This document shows positions 10,296-18,990 of a DNA stretch of 64,000 nucleotides, piece after piece. The notes beneath the pieces were generated by a model. The model ran no database searches. It had not been told where the DNA came from and was given only the letters and a program-made list of their open reading frames with translations. The stretch is taken from NCBI GenBank assembly GCA_965203355.1, contig OZ241889.1, positions 736,001 to 800,000 on the forward strand. The letters are read 5' to 3'. Origin of the DNA: Candidatus Latescibacterota bacterium (GTDB lineage Bacteria; Latescibacterota; UBA2968; UBA8231). The number at the start of each line of letters is the position of its first letter. Position 1 is the stretch's first letter. Made by a program: the position numbers and the translations under genes.

Positions 10296-11467
10296 AGAAT
10301 GTCGGGCGACTGCGGATCGACGCAGGCCCCGCTCGGCCGCGCACCTAGGGGACGCTGCGGCATCTGGTCGTAAGACTGGTAGGCGATGTCTAAGTAAGGC
10401 GTCTCGACGCGGCGGTGCCCTTCGTAGCGCGAGTTCATCGCCGCGTCGATAACGCCGGTCGTCAGCAAGGTGCGCTCGGGCGGATATGGGGCCTGTCCGG
10501 TTTTGAAAAACTCTTGGATGTTGCGGCATAGATAGCCGAAATGGGCAAATGGCCCCTCGTTCTGCAAGTAGAACTCTGTGGCCTGCACCTGATCTCCCAC
10601 TCGCGCGGCATAGGCGAAGTCGCTGACATAGCGGTTGAGCATCAACGTCGCCGTGCGCAAGCCGTCGCCGTGCTCCATAAGAAAAACGGCCGGCTTTTTG
10701 CAATGTGCCTCCATCCGTCCATCCGGCTTTTTGGCAATGGCAGCGCAAGCGGCCTCGGCCAATTCCCCAGACCACAGCCCCTCGTCGCGGGCGCGCCACA
10801 CGTCATCTCCTTCGAGGCACTGCACCCACACCACTCCCTGCTCGCCGCCGCACCGCCGCTCAACCATGCACTGCAAAGTCTCTAGCGCGTGGTATCCGTA
10901 TGCTTCGATGCCGCCGTAGCCGATGGCCAGCGCTTCCTCAATGGGCGTCTCCTTGGGATGCTCCAGCCAAGGCGCGCGCCAAGCCAAGGGCAGCGACGAC
11001 CCGGCCATCAGCGGAATGGTCAGTTCTTCTGCCCGATCCCACATCCACTGAGCGTCCCCAAAGTCATACGCCAAATGCTTATCTGAAAATACGGGCACCG
11101 AGCGGCCGCTCTCGGCAAAGACGCCGGCGATTTGCTCAAAGAAATAGCGGCGCGGGTACATGTGGCGGCCCCGCTCGTTCCAAGGGTAGTCGCCGTGCTC
11201 GCCGATGAGCAGCACCGCATCTACGTTGAGCCGGTCGGCACCAGCGTGTAGGGCGCGGCGGATGCTGGGATAGATGGGGACCCCGTACTCTTGGGCCAAG
11301 CCCACGCCGATATCGTTTTCCAGCACGTGGTCGATGTACAAGGATACTAGGTCCACTTCCGGGGGCATCAAGCCCTCGTCCGTGGACATGCCCTTCATAA
11401 ACTTGGTGGCAATGACGTCGGCATGGGATTTGGGATAGTAGATGGTGGCGATGGCGGCTACTCTCAT
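10292..11467 (-). CDS. Uncharacterised Gfo/Idh/MocA-like oxidoreductase
   Basis: SHADVI, VDAVLLIGEHGDYP, VFSDKHL, AGSSLP, YGYHALE, YPPERTLLTTG. Confidence 0.7.
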   Translation of the reverse strand: MRVAAIATIYYPKSHADVIATKFMKGMSTDEGLMPPEVDLVSLYIDHVLENDIGVGLAQEYGVPIYPSIRRALHAGADRLNVDAVLLIGEHGDYPWNERGRHMYPRRYFFEQIAGVFAESGRSVPVFSDKHLAYDFGDAQWMWDRAEELTIPLMAGSSLPLAWRAPWLEHPKETPIEEALAIGYGGIEAYGYHALETLQCMVERRCGGEQGVVWVQCLEGDDVWRARDEGLWSGELAEAACAAIAKKPDGRMEAHCKKPAVFLMEHGDGLRTATLMLNRYVSDFAYAARVGDQVQATEFYLQNEGPFAHFGYLCRNIQEFFKTGQAPYPPERTLLTTGVIDAAMNSRYEGHRRVETPYLDIAYQSYDQMPQRPLGARPSGACVDPQSPDIL

Positions 11468-11649
11468 GGTAAAGCTCCTATAGAGAAGACGGCACGTACT
11501 GCTGTGTGCCGCAGCCAGTGAAAAAGTGAGTTCATGGCGGTCCTTAGTTTTTAGCTGTCGAATGCGACGCGGCGTTTCGCAACCCCTCTAGGCGGCGAAG
11601 AGTCCATCTTTCCGATTTTACCATTGGGCCTTGCTGGAGACTTATTGTA

Positions 11650-11682
11650 TAGGTATATAAACTATATTAGCTAATATACCTA
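11650..11682. promoter_or_regulatory. Overlapping palindromes (putative operator) upstream of the Phd-like gene
   Basis: Perfect 16-bp palindrome TATATTAGCTAATATA (11663-11678) overlapping the inverted pair TAGGTATAT (11650-11658) / ATATACCTA (11674-11682). Confidence 0.6.
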
Positions 11683-11702
11683 AATCAAGAGGTGCCTACT
11701 CT

Positions 11703-11972
11703 ATGGAAACAAAAGTCATAGCTTCGACCAAAGCTCAAAATAACTTTGGTCAGGTAATAGACTCAGTGGTCCATAATCGGACTAGATATATTGTCAAACG
11801 ACGCAATGTATCTCAAGCAATCATAATGAGTTTAGCGGATTTTAATCAGTTGTTGGCAAACTCGTCTGAAAGACAGAAGATGAGCGATATGATCGGCGAA
11901 CTAGCACCCGTTTACAGTCTCGGCGAAACAATAGGCTCTCCTGTTGAAGACAAGGCTAAAGTCCAAGATTGA
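11703..11972 (+). CDS. Phd/YefM-family antitoxin-like DNA-binding protein
   Basis: IASTKAQNNFGQVIDSV...YIVKRRN...AIIMSLADF is the Phd N-terminal signature. Confidence 0.8.
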   Translation: METKVIASTKAQNNFGQVIDSVVHNRTRYIVKRRNVSQAIIMSLADFNQLLANSSERQKMSDMIGELAPVYSLGETIGSPVEDKAKVQD

Positions 11973-11985
11973 GAAAGGTATAGAG

Positions 11986-13302
11986 ATGGTATACGCAGTG
12001 CAAACTAAAGCTGGAGAAGAATTAAATCGAATTTACGAGGAAGATCTGCCCGTCCACGAATGGTATCGGTTTGTTCTTTCTTATCCACCTCATTTGGTCC
12101 GCCGCTATATTGAAAGATTTGGTTTGACAAAACACCACTGGGTCTTGGACCCATTTTGTGGTACGGGAACAACCTTAGTGGAGTGCAAGAAGAATGGTAT
12201 TCCCAGTGCCGGCTTAGAGGCCAATCCTGTGGTGCAGTTCTTTGCTCAAACGAAGGTTGCGTGGGATATAGATCCCGATAAGCTCGTTAAACATGCTAAA
12301 AGTATTGCTAAAGAAGTAGAAGCTGAACTAGAAAAAGGAGGCATCGAAGACGATCCTATTTTCAAGCCTGTTGTTAATAACACAAAAATAAATCTTAAAC
12401 CTTTAGAGCCTCAATTAGAATCACTTCTCATCAAAAACTCCATAAGCCCGAAACCACTCCATAAAGCTCTTACACTTATAAATAACTTAAATAAAAATTT
12501 ATATGAGCATCTAATCGCACATGAAAGGTTAGCGTTTGCTAAACAGCTAGTTTATAGTATCAGTAACTTGCGTTTTGGTCCAGAAGTTGGAGTTGGAAAG
12601 CCGAAAGAAGATGCTCCGGTCATCACACCTTGGTTAAAAGGCATAAAAGACATGGCTAATGATTTATGCCATACCCAGATCAAGTGCCATAAAGATGTAC
12701 CGTCGCTAGTAAAACTTACGGACGCACGTAGCGTAGATCCCTGCTTAGAGCCGTTGATGTTTGATGCCGTTATAACCTCACCTCCATATCCCAATGAAAA
12801 AGATTATACGAGAACGACTCGCCTTGAATCTGTTTTACTTGGTTATATAAATAATCGCGCCGATCTGCGTCGCCAAAAGCAGAAATTGCTTCGATCCAAT
12901 AGTCGAGCAGTATATAAAGCAGATACAGACGAGAGCTGGGTTGAGGATAACGAACGCATACAAGAGTTGGCGGCTCGGATAGAGGCTCGTCGGATAGAGC
13001 TAGGAAAAACGTCAGGGTTTGAGAAACTCTATGCTCGAGTAGTGAGATTGTACTTTGGAGGCATGGCGCGCCACTTAGAGGAATTAAAACGAGTTTTAGC
13101 ACCAAGTGCTCAGCTTGCTTATGTCGTCGGAGATCAGGCGTCTTTTTTCAGGATTTTAATTCGGACGGGAGAGCTTTTAGCAAGTATAGCGGAAGGACTT
13201 GGCTATGAAGTAATGGACATTGATTTATTTCGTACGCGGTTCTCTACAGCGACGCAAGAGCATTTGCGCGAAGAGGTTGTTCTTTTGCGATGGAACAGTT
13301 AG
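11986..13302 (+). CDS. Amino (probably N4-cytosine) DNA methyltransferase, alpha-type motif order
   Basis: HEWYRF, motif I DPFCGTGTT preceding motif IV TSPPY; YVVGD; lower GC than the flanks. Confidence 0.92.
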   Translation: MVYAVQTKAGEELNRIYEEDLPVHEWYRFVLSYPPHLVRRYIERFGLTKHHWVLDPFCGTGTTLVECKKNGIPSAGLEANPVVQFFAQTKVAWDIDPDKLVKHAKSIAKEVEAELEKGGIEDDPIFKPVVNNTKINLKPLEPQLESLLIKNSISPKPLHKALTLINNLNKNLYEHLIAHERLAFAKQLVYSISNLRFGPEVGVGKPKEDAPVITPWLKGIKDMANDLCHTQIKCHKDVPSLVKLTDARSVDPCLEPLMFDAVITSPPYPNEKDYTRTTRLESVLLGYINNRADLRRQKQKLLRSNSRAVYKADTDESWVEDNERIQELAARIEARRIELGKTSGFEKLYARVVRLYFGGMARHLEELKRVLAPSAQLAYVVGDQASFFRILIRTGELLASIAEGLGYEVMDIDLFRTRFSTATQEHLREEVVLLRWNS

Positions 13303-14118
13303 TTACCACTTCGGAGGCTTGGGAACCAATGTATATCGAGCTTTCTTTACAACCGAAGAGGCTACGAGTTTTGAGTTTAGCCGCAATAGATCGGTTGAGT
13401 AGCACTTGGGAAATTATGCGAGGAATATATCCCCATTGTCTTCGAGTTTCACTCCTAATGGAATTGTAAAGTCCATATCATCTTCCATAAGTCGTTGCAA
13501 CGTTGCAGCAGCTATCCCCACGATCTGATTTAGAGTGAGCACATCACTGCCCTTGGATTTTGCCTCACAGGGAATAGGTATTCGGTGATTCCCTTCTTTC
13601 ATTATGAAAAAGCAATCTAGTTCATGAGGCTGAACTTTTACCGGAGCTTGGACGCGCGTTACGGTTGTCTTGGGAACGCCAAAAAAGTCGTCGATAATTC
13701 CTCCATACTCTATAGCGGCTAACAGACCGCCTTCATCGGGACGCAGCAGGTCGAATATGTCAGGAGAGATTTCAATGCGAATGGGTTTAGCTGCTAAATC
13801 TGGGGGACAAGCTACGGAGATGACCCCGGCAGAAGGACCACTGTCTTGAAAAAATATACCCATTGAACCGCTGTGAGCTCCTTCGCGCAAAAAATAACCT
13901 GCTTGCTTAGCAGAAGGGCTTCTCGCGTCTGAGTTTCCCGACCGAGTAAGGTCTTTCACAAAGTTGTTCAGGTTCGATGGAACGTTCCCGCCTGTCGCGA
14001 TAATCGCATCTCTTATTTCTTCGCGTGTAAACGGTATTTCCGGTTGCGGATTGTCGAAGTCGTATTTCCGCTGAAATATATGTTCAAGTGCTGTGGGTTT
14101 ATCGTAATCGCTTCTCAT
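13303..14118 (-). pseudogene. Putative type II restriction endonuclease (PD-(D/E)XK) with an in-frame TAA at 13414-13416
   Basis: Strong RBS AAGGAG before ATG 14118; ELD...CEAK...Q motif; after the TAA the frame stays open for 36 codons to a stop abutting the MTase stop. Confidence 0.65.
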
Positions 14119-14131
14119 AACTATATCTCCT

Positions 14132-15412
14132 TCAGACGGATGGCGGTTGCTTCGCCGTCGGCTTTTCCTCTGGCCCAAAAGAGGGCGGCGCGAAAACGGC
14201 CCGCCAGCCTAGCTGGTTTAGACGCAAGTAATAAGAGGCCGTCAGTATTCCCCACAAGGCATACGCAAGTGAAGTAGATAAGGCGGCACCCCGCAGCCCT
14301 AGCTTGGGGATCAACAATAGGTTCAAGGCCACGTTGGCCGCTAGCGCAACGCCCGGTGCCCACAGGGTCATAGAGGGATAGCCCTCGCCCATTAGCTTGG
14401 CGTTGAACACGGCCCCGAAGCCCAAAAACAACATGCCGGGCAGCAGCCAAACAAGCGGCTCGTAGGCGTCTGGATACAAGGGAAAGAAAACGCTCAGCAG
14501 TAGGCGTCCGCCGAAGATCAAGACAACCGCCGAAAGCATGGAAAAGACCAATATGCCTTGGCCCACGCCCAGAGAGAGCCGCGTGTCGTCTTGCCCGCGC
14601 ACTATCTTGGCGAGCAGGATGACCGAGGCAATGTTGGCGACGCGCTGCACCATGTCCGTAAAGTTCGTCGCCACTCCGTACACACCCACCGCCTTCTCAC
14701 CCAAAAAGTGCTCTATCAAGAAGAGGTCGCTCTTGAGCAGCAAAAACATGAGCACCAAGCAGACCTCGCCACGCGAACCAATGCGAAGCATTTGCCCGAG
14801 CGTACGGCGCCCTCCCCACCGGAAGCGGAATCCCCGGTACGAGAATAGGGTAAAAATCGCCAGGCCCGTTATCCCAACTGCTCCTACCCACACTCCCATC
14901 ACCCGTTCCAACTTGAGATGCCCTAGCTGGGAGATAACGATATTGCCGCCGAGATAGATGGCGATGAATACTACGGGCAGCAAGGCGTAGGGCTTGAGCC
15001 GATCTTCACCTAAAAAGACGGACAAACCCGCCCTTTGTAGCACGGTGAACGCAATGACGCAAACGCCCAACACCCATTGGACCAAGGTAATACTGGGCAC
15101 CAAGACCTTTGCGAGTGCCAAGCTAAAAGGGGCGGTCAGCAATAGGAGGGCACCCAAGACGAGGCAATACAACAAGGTGTGGTTGATCGCGGCCTCCCGC
15201 TCTCGCTCGCGTCCCACGACGTAAATGTTACCCTTGCTGAGCCACTCCCCGAAGAACAGGACGCCCAGCATGACGAGCGCAGTCCACAGCTTTAGGGTGC
15301 CATAGTGCTCCGGTCCTAGCTGATCGGCCAGCAGGACCGAGTTCACAAAGCCCAAGGAAAATACCAGGAAGGAGCAGGTTGTGTTGAGCGAAAAGCCGCG
15401 AAAAAAGTTCAT
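14132..15412 (-). CDS. Wzx-type polysaccharide flippase (MOP superfamily)
   Basis: LGPEHYG, KSDLFLI..FLGEKAVGVY, NVALNLLLIPKLGLRGAALSTSLAY. Confidence 0.9.
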   Translation of the reverse strand: MNFFRGFSLNTTCSFLVFSLGFVNSVLLADQLGPEHYGTLKLWTALVMLGVLFFGEWLSKGNIYVVGREREREAAINHTLLYCLVLGALLLLTAPFSLALAKVLVPSITLVQWVLGVCVIAFTVLQRAGLSVFLGEDRLKPYALLPVVFIAIYLGGNIVISQLGHLKLERVMGVWVGAVGITGLAIFTLFSYRGFRFRWGGRRTLGQMLRIGSRGEVCLVLMFLLLKSDLFLIEHFLGEKAVGVYGVATNFTDMVQRVANIASVILLAKIVRGQDDTRLSLGVGQGILVFSMLSAVVLIFGGRLLLSVFFPLYPDAYEPLVWLLPGMLFLGFGAVFNAKLMGEGYPSMTLWAPGVALAANVALNLLLIPKLGLRGAALSTSLAYALWGILTASYYLRLNQLGWRAVFAPPSFGPEEKPTAKQPPSV

Positions 15413-15499
15413 CGAAATGGCCGGAGGGAACTAAAGCGGCGGCGGAGATGTGTTCAAGTTCATAAGGGGCGATCTGTATGCGATGCCTCAAGAATCTAA

Positions 15500-15643
15500 G
15501 AAGCGTTTTTAAAATTCTCGTCGGACTACTTCAACGGGCGGTCGAGCGGTTCCTGGATCGGGCGTTTTCTGAGGGCGAGACTCCATTACTACTAGGCTTT
15601 TTGGGGGATCAAAAAACAATAAGAATAATTTTAAAAAGGCTTC
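15500..15643. mobile_element. Non-autonomous MITE with IS5-family-like ends
   Basis: 17-bp TIRs GAAGCGTTTTTAAAATT / AATTTTAAAAAGGCTTC (1 mismatch), TAA on both sides; no ORF. Confidence 0.65.
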
Positions 15644-15718
15644 TAAGGACCGGGCGAGAGCACCTGCGGTCGAAGGCGGCTAGGACTGCGGGGCGCAAGA
15701 GGATGCTTGCACAAGTTG

Positions 15719-15746
15719 AAAACCCCGCGCCTTTTCGACGCGGGGT
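15719..15746 (-). terminator. Rho-independent terminator of the cyclase gene
   Basis: ACCCCGCG/CGCGGGGT stem with a short T run on the minus strand. Confidence 0.6.
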
Positions 15747-15759
15747 CCTCCACTCCCAT

Positions 15760-16737
15760 TTAGCGGATGGCGATCGGTCGCCCCGGAGATCCCGTGCCGC
15801 CTTTGAAGCGGGTCGGCGTGAATATAAAGAGGAACTCGTACACTTCGTCGGCCAACACTTCTTCAAAAACCATGTTCTCCAGGTTGAAGATGCCATTTTT
15901 GGTGATGAGTTCCTGATGGACTGGGAAAGCCTGCTTGGGGTCGGGGCCGGGCACGACTTCGGTGGTCCATTGGTCCGAGCCGATCATAGAGGGTTTCATG
16001 GAGACGATCCACTCGCTCGCCTCCATGCCGATGCCGGGCGGATTGGTGTTGTAGGTCTCCGGGTCCTTCCACAGCTTGGACCAGCCATAGTTGAACAGCA
16101 GGGCGTCGCCTTCTTGGATGCTACTTTCGTCGATCCCCTGCCTTGCGAGTGCGCCGCGAATATCGGCGATTGTGACCTCGTAGCTGTGGTCGAGGTGCGC
16201 GACGCCCTTATAGCCGGCAATGTCGATGAGTACGCCGCGGGTGACAAAAGAGCGCACGTGTTCAATGCCCAGCTTGGTGACGCCGTAAGCTCCAGCCATT
16301 TCATCGGCAGTAACACCGTTGTAGAACACATCTTGAGTCGAGCCGTCGGCCATGACCATGCGCGTGCCGATGTGGGACAGCCCATCGAACTGAGTGCCTA
16401 CTTGGCCGATCTCGGCGCAGAGGAACTCGTCGTGGTACATCAGCATATTGTTCTCGCCAAAGGGGCCACCGGTGGGCGAGCCGGGGATGAACATCGCATA
16501 GGTGCGCTCGCCAAACAACGGCATACCGCGCTCGTAGATCTGGCCCAACTCGTACATCTTGCCGGTTTTGACTAGCTGCACGGCCTTGAGGATGGTTTCG
16601 GCCGTGATGCGGTTGGACGCGCCGGCTTGGTCATCGGCGCCCCACGGCGAGGGCCACCAAGGCCCTTGTGCGCGGGTCTGGGCAAGGCACGGCAGGGACA
16701 AGGCGAGCACGAGGATCGCCGAAGTGAGCGATTTCAT
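15760..16737 (-). CDS. Exported cyclase-family (KynB-like) metal-dependent hydrolase
   Basis: Signal peptide; WGADDQAGASN, GQVGTQFDGLSH, TRGVLID, FPVHQ, NLEN, GGTGSPGRPIAI. Confidence 0.88.
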   Translation of the reverse strand: MKSLTSAILVLALSLPCLAQTRAQGPWWPSPWGADDQAGASNRITAETILKAVQLVKTGKMYELGQIYERGMPLFGERTYAMFIPGSPTGGPFGENNMLMYHDEFLCAEIGQVGTQFDGLSHIGTRMVMADGSTQDVFYNGVTADEMAGAYGVTKLGIEHVRSFVTRGVLIDIAGYKGVAHLDHSYEVTIADIRGALARQGIDESSIQEGDALLFNYGWSKLWKDPETYNTNPPGIGMEASEWIVSMKPSMIGSDQWTTEVVPGPDPKQAFPVHQELITKNGIFNLENMVFEEVLADEVYEFLFIFTPTRFKGGTGSPGRPIAIR

Positions 16738-16809
16738 GGGTTTCTCCTTGATAAAGAGGTCGCGGAAATCACCGCGATGGTATAAGGAAATTGCGGCCCT
16801 GAATCAAGC

Positions 16810-17262
16810 TCAGACGAACTTGACTACCACCAAGAGTACAACGGCGATCACCAGCACGGTGGGCACTTCGTTGAGAATGCGGAAAAACTGTTCGCTCTTT
16901 TGGTTTTCGCCGCGTGCAAAAGCCTTGCGGTAGGAAGAGAGCATACCGTGGATGGCTGCCATGACGAGCACTAGCCCTAATTTGATGTGCATCCAGTAGC
17001 CGGTACCAGGTGCGCCAGCACCCGTGGCGAGAATGAGCAAGATGCCGGTAACAAAAGAAACGATCATCGCCGGATTCATAATGATCCGCAGCAGTTTGCG
17101 CTCCATGACTTTGAAGGTCTCGTCGGCTTCGGAGTTAGGGGTGACTTGACAGTGATAGACATAGAGGCGCGGCAGATAGAACATGCCGACCATCCAAGCG
17201 ATGACGAAGATGACGTGGATAGCTTTGAGCCACAGATAGTATTCGCTTGCAAATGCACTCAT
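16810..17262 (-). CDS. hemJ: Protoporphyrinogen IX oxidase HemJ
   Basis: WLKAIHVIFVIAWMVGMFYLPRLYVYH, MERKLLRIIMNPAM, FRILNEVP. Confidence 0.95.
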   Translation of the reverse strand: MSAFASEYYLWLKAIHVIFVIAWMVGMFYLPRLYVYHCQVTPNSEADETFKVMERKLLRIIMNPAMIVSFVTGILLILATGAGAPGTGYWMHIKLGLVLVMAAIHGMLSSYRKAFARGENQKSEQFFRILNEVPTVLVIAVVLLVVVKFV

Positions 17263-17276
17263 AGAGAGGACTCCGC

Positions 17277-17915
17277 TTAGGTGCGCGTCGTTGCCAGTGC
17301 TGCTTCGTGGAGGGCGTTGACTGTTTCGGCGTCTAGGTCCATGTCGATGTTGGGAACGGACTTGGCGCGACCGATGAAGAGCGTTGCGTAAAAGGTGCAA
17401 GCCGCTAGGTAAGACCCGGCGAGGTTGGGATGGCTTTGGTCCTTGTCGTGCAGGGCGATATCGGGATGCGCGGCTAGACAGTACTGCCAAGCTAGGCCCA
17501 CAGGCACGACGGTCGCGCCGATCGCACGCCCCACTTGGGTGTAGGTCTCGCTCAAGGCGGCTTGGGTTGCGGGAGCGTCTCGCCGCGCCCAGGTCATGTA
17601 GAGCACTGTCGGAGCTTGTGCTGCTTTAATTACGGCGTCGAACTCGCGGATGTTTTCTTCGGTGCGCTTGGGGTTTTTGATCGGCAGAGTGCTCTGCTCC
17701 TGCAACACGACGTAGTCCCAGCGAGAGGCCTGCAAGCACTCCCGTGCCTCGCCTTTGTTCAAGTGCATCCTGAGCGAGGCCCCGCCTGCGCTGATGAGTT
17801 CGCATTCCAACTCGCCCTTGCCGCCAGCGTGGACGAGTTGGGCGAGGAGGCCGGGCAGATTGTTGCGCGCGGTGAAGCTGTTGCCTATGAAAAGGATGCG
17901 GGTGATATTGGCCAT
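17277..17915 (-). CDS. SGNH/GDSL-family hydrolase
   Basis: ILFIGNSFT, WDYVVLQEQS, DQSHP.LAGSYL. Confidence 0.88.
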   Translation of the reverse strand: MANITRILFIGNSFTARNNLPGLLAQLVHAGGKGELECELISAGGASLRMHLNKGEARECLQASRWDYVVLQEQSTLPIKNPKRTEENIREFDAVIKAAQAPTVLYMTWARRDAPATQAALSETYTQVGRAIGATVVPVGLAWQYCLAAHPDIALHDKDQSHPNLAGSYLAACTFYATLFIGRAKSVPNIDMDLDAETVNALHEAALATTRT

Positions 17916-18010
17916 GGTCCGTCTTCTGCTTGAGTTGAGTTGACGCTTGCTCAACATAAACACCGCTTCGCCTCGGGCCAAGTTGCTAGCCCGATGACGC
18001 GCCAGACCTA

Positions 18011-18793
18011 ATGGGAGAACTTCAGATGGGACAAACTATCGAGCAGTACGAGCGAGACGGGTACTGTATCGCGGATGAGCAGATCGCGCCAGACGATGCG
18101 TTGGCAAAAGCGTTGCGGGGAATGGTAGCCGTGCGAGATGGAAAATTTGATATGGAGCTGCCGCCGACCGAGCATCCTGGGTATGATCCAGACGCGTTGT
18201 GCAAGATCAACAATCCGCATCGGTCGGATACGGGACTCTACGGATTGGTGACCTGCCCACAAGTGGGACGCAAGGTCGCCGAGATAACGGGCGCCCAGCG
18301 GGTGCAAGTGTGGGCGAGCCAGTTGCTGATCAAACCGCCCGGGTCTGCGGCCGCAGGGCACGTCGGCTGGCACCAAGACCGGCAGTACTGGGGCATGTGG
18401 CAGCAAGACGAAGGGCTTTTTACGGCGTGGATCGCGCTGTGCGATGTGGGAGAGGCGTCGGGGCCGATGCGCTTTGTGCGCGGGTCGCACCGTTGGGGCT
18501 TTTTGAATCAGGGCAATTTCTTCGACAAGGACCAGCACAAGCTGCGCCAAGACATCGCACGGCCGGCGGGCGAGGCTTGGGAGGAAGTGGCGGCACTGAT
18601 GCCCTTGGGCGGGCTTAGCGTCCACCACTGCCTGACCTACCACGGATCCAACGCCAATGTCTCGGATGCGGCGCGCTGGAGCTTGGCCGTGCATTTGCGC
18701 GACGAGAGGGCCGTGCCAGTGCCCGGCGATCAGAGTTATTACACCGCGCATTTGGACGATCCTCAAATTTGCCCCGTGATGTACGAAGCCTAA
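18011..18793 (+). CDS. PhyH-family Fe(II)/2-oxoglutarate dioxygenase
   Basis: YERDGY, KPP..GWHQD, WIAL, GPMRFVRGSH, YHGS, R. Confidence 0.92.
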   Translation: MGELQMGQTIEQYERDGYCIADEQIAPDDALAKALRGMVAVRDGKFDMELPPTEHPGYDPDALCKINNPHRSDTGLYGLVTCPQVGRKVAEITGAQRVQVWASQLLIKPPGSAAAGHVGWHQDRQYWGMWQQDEGLFTAWIALCDVGEASGPMRFVRGSHRWGFLNQGNFFDKDQHKLRQDIARPAGEAWEEVAALMPLGGLSVHHCLTYHGSNANVSDAARWSLAVHLRDERAVPVPGDQSYYTAHLDDPQICPVMYEA

Positions 18794-18861
18794 TCACAAC
18801 AAGGGAATTGGGGGCACTCCTTCCCCGCCCTTCGGGAGGCTGCCCGAGGTTCGGACGGCTT

Positions 18862-18918
18862 CTAAGGCAGGGCTTTGAGGAGGCGATCGATATCCTCGGT
18901 GTAAAATTCTGATGGCGA
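18862..18918 (-). pseudogene. Possible C-terminal relic of a class V aminotransferase
   Basis: SPSEFYTEDIDRLLKALP* resembles the SPHxYNTxEDIDRL C-terminus. Confidence 0.3.
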
Positions 18919-18990
18919 CGAGTTCGACGAGGGGCGGGCGATGGGTGTTTGGCGGGATGTCGGAACGCTCTTCTTGGCCGCTCTCAGTCG

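Noticed and set aside
15478-16575. 365-aa plus-strand ORF
   Set aside because: Antisense shadow of the cyclase gene running through the MITE; no recognisable motifs.
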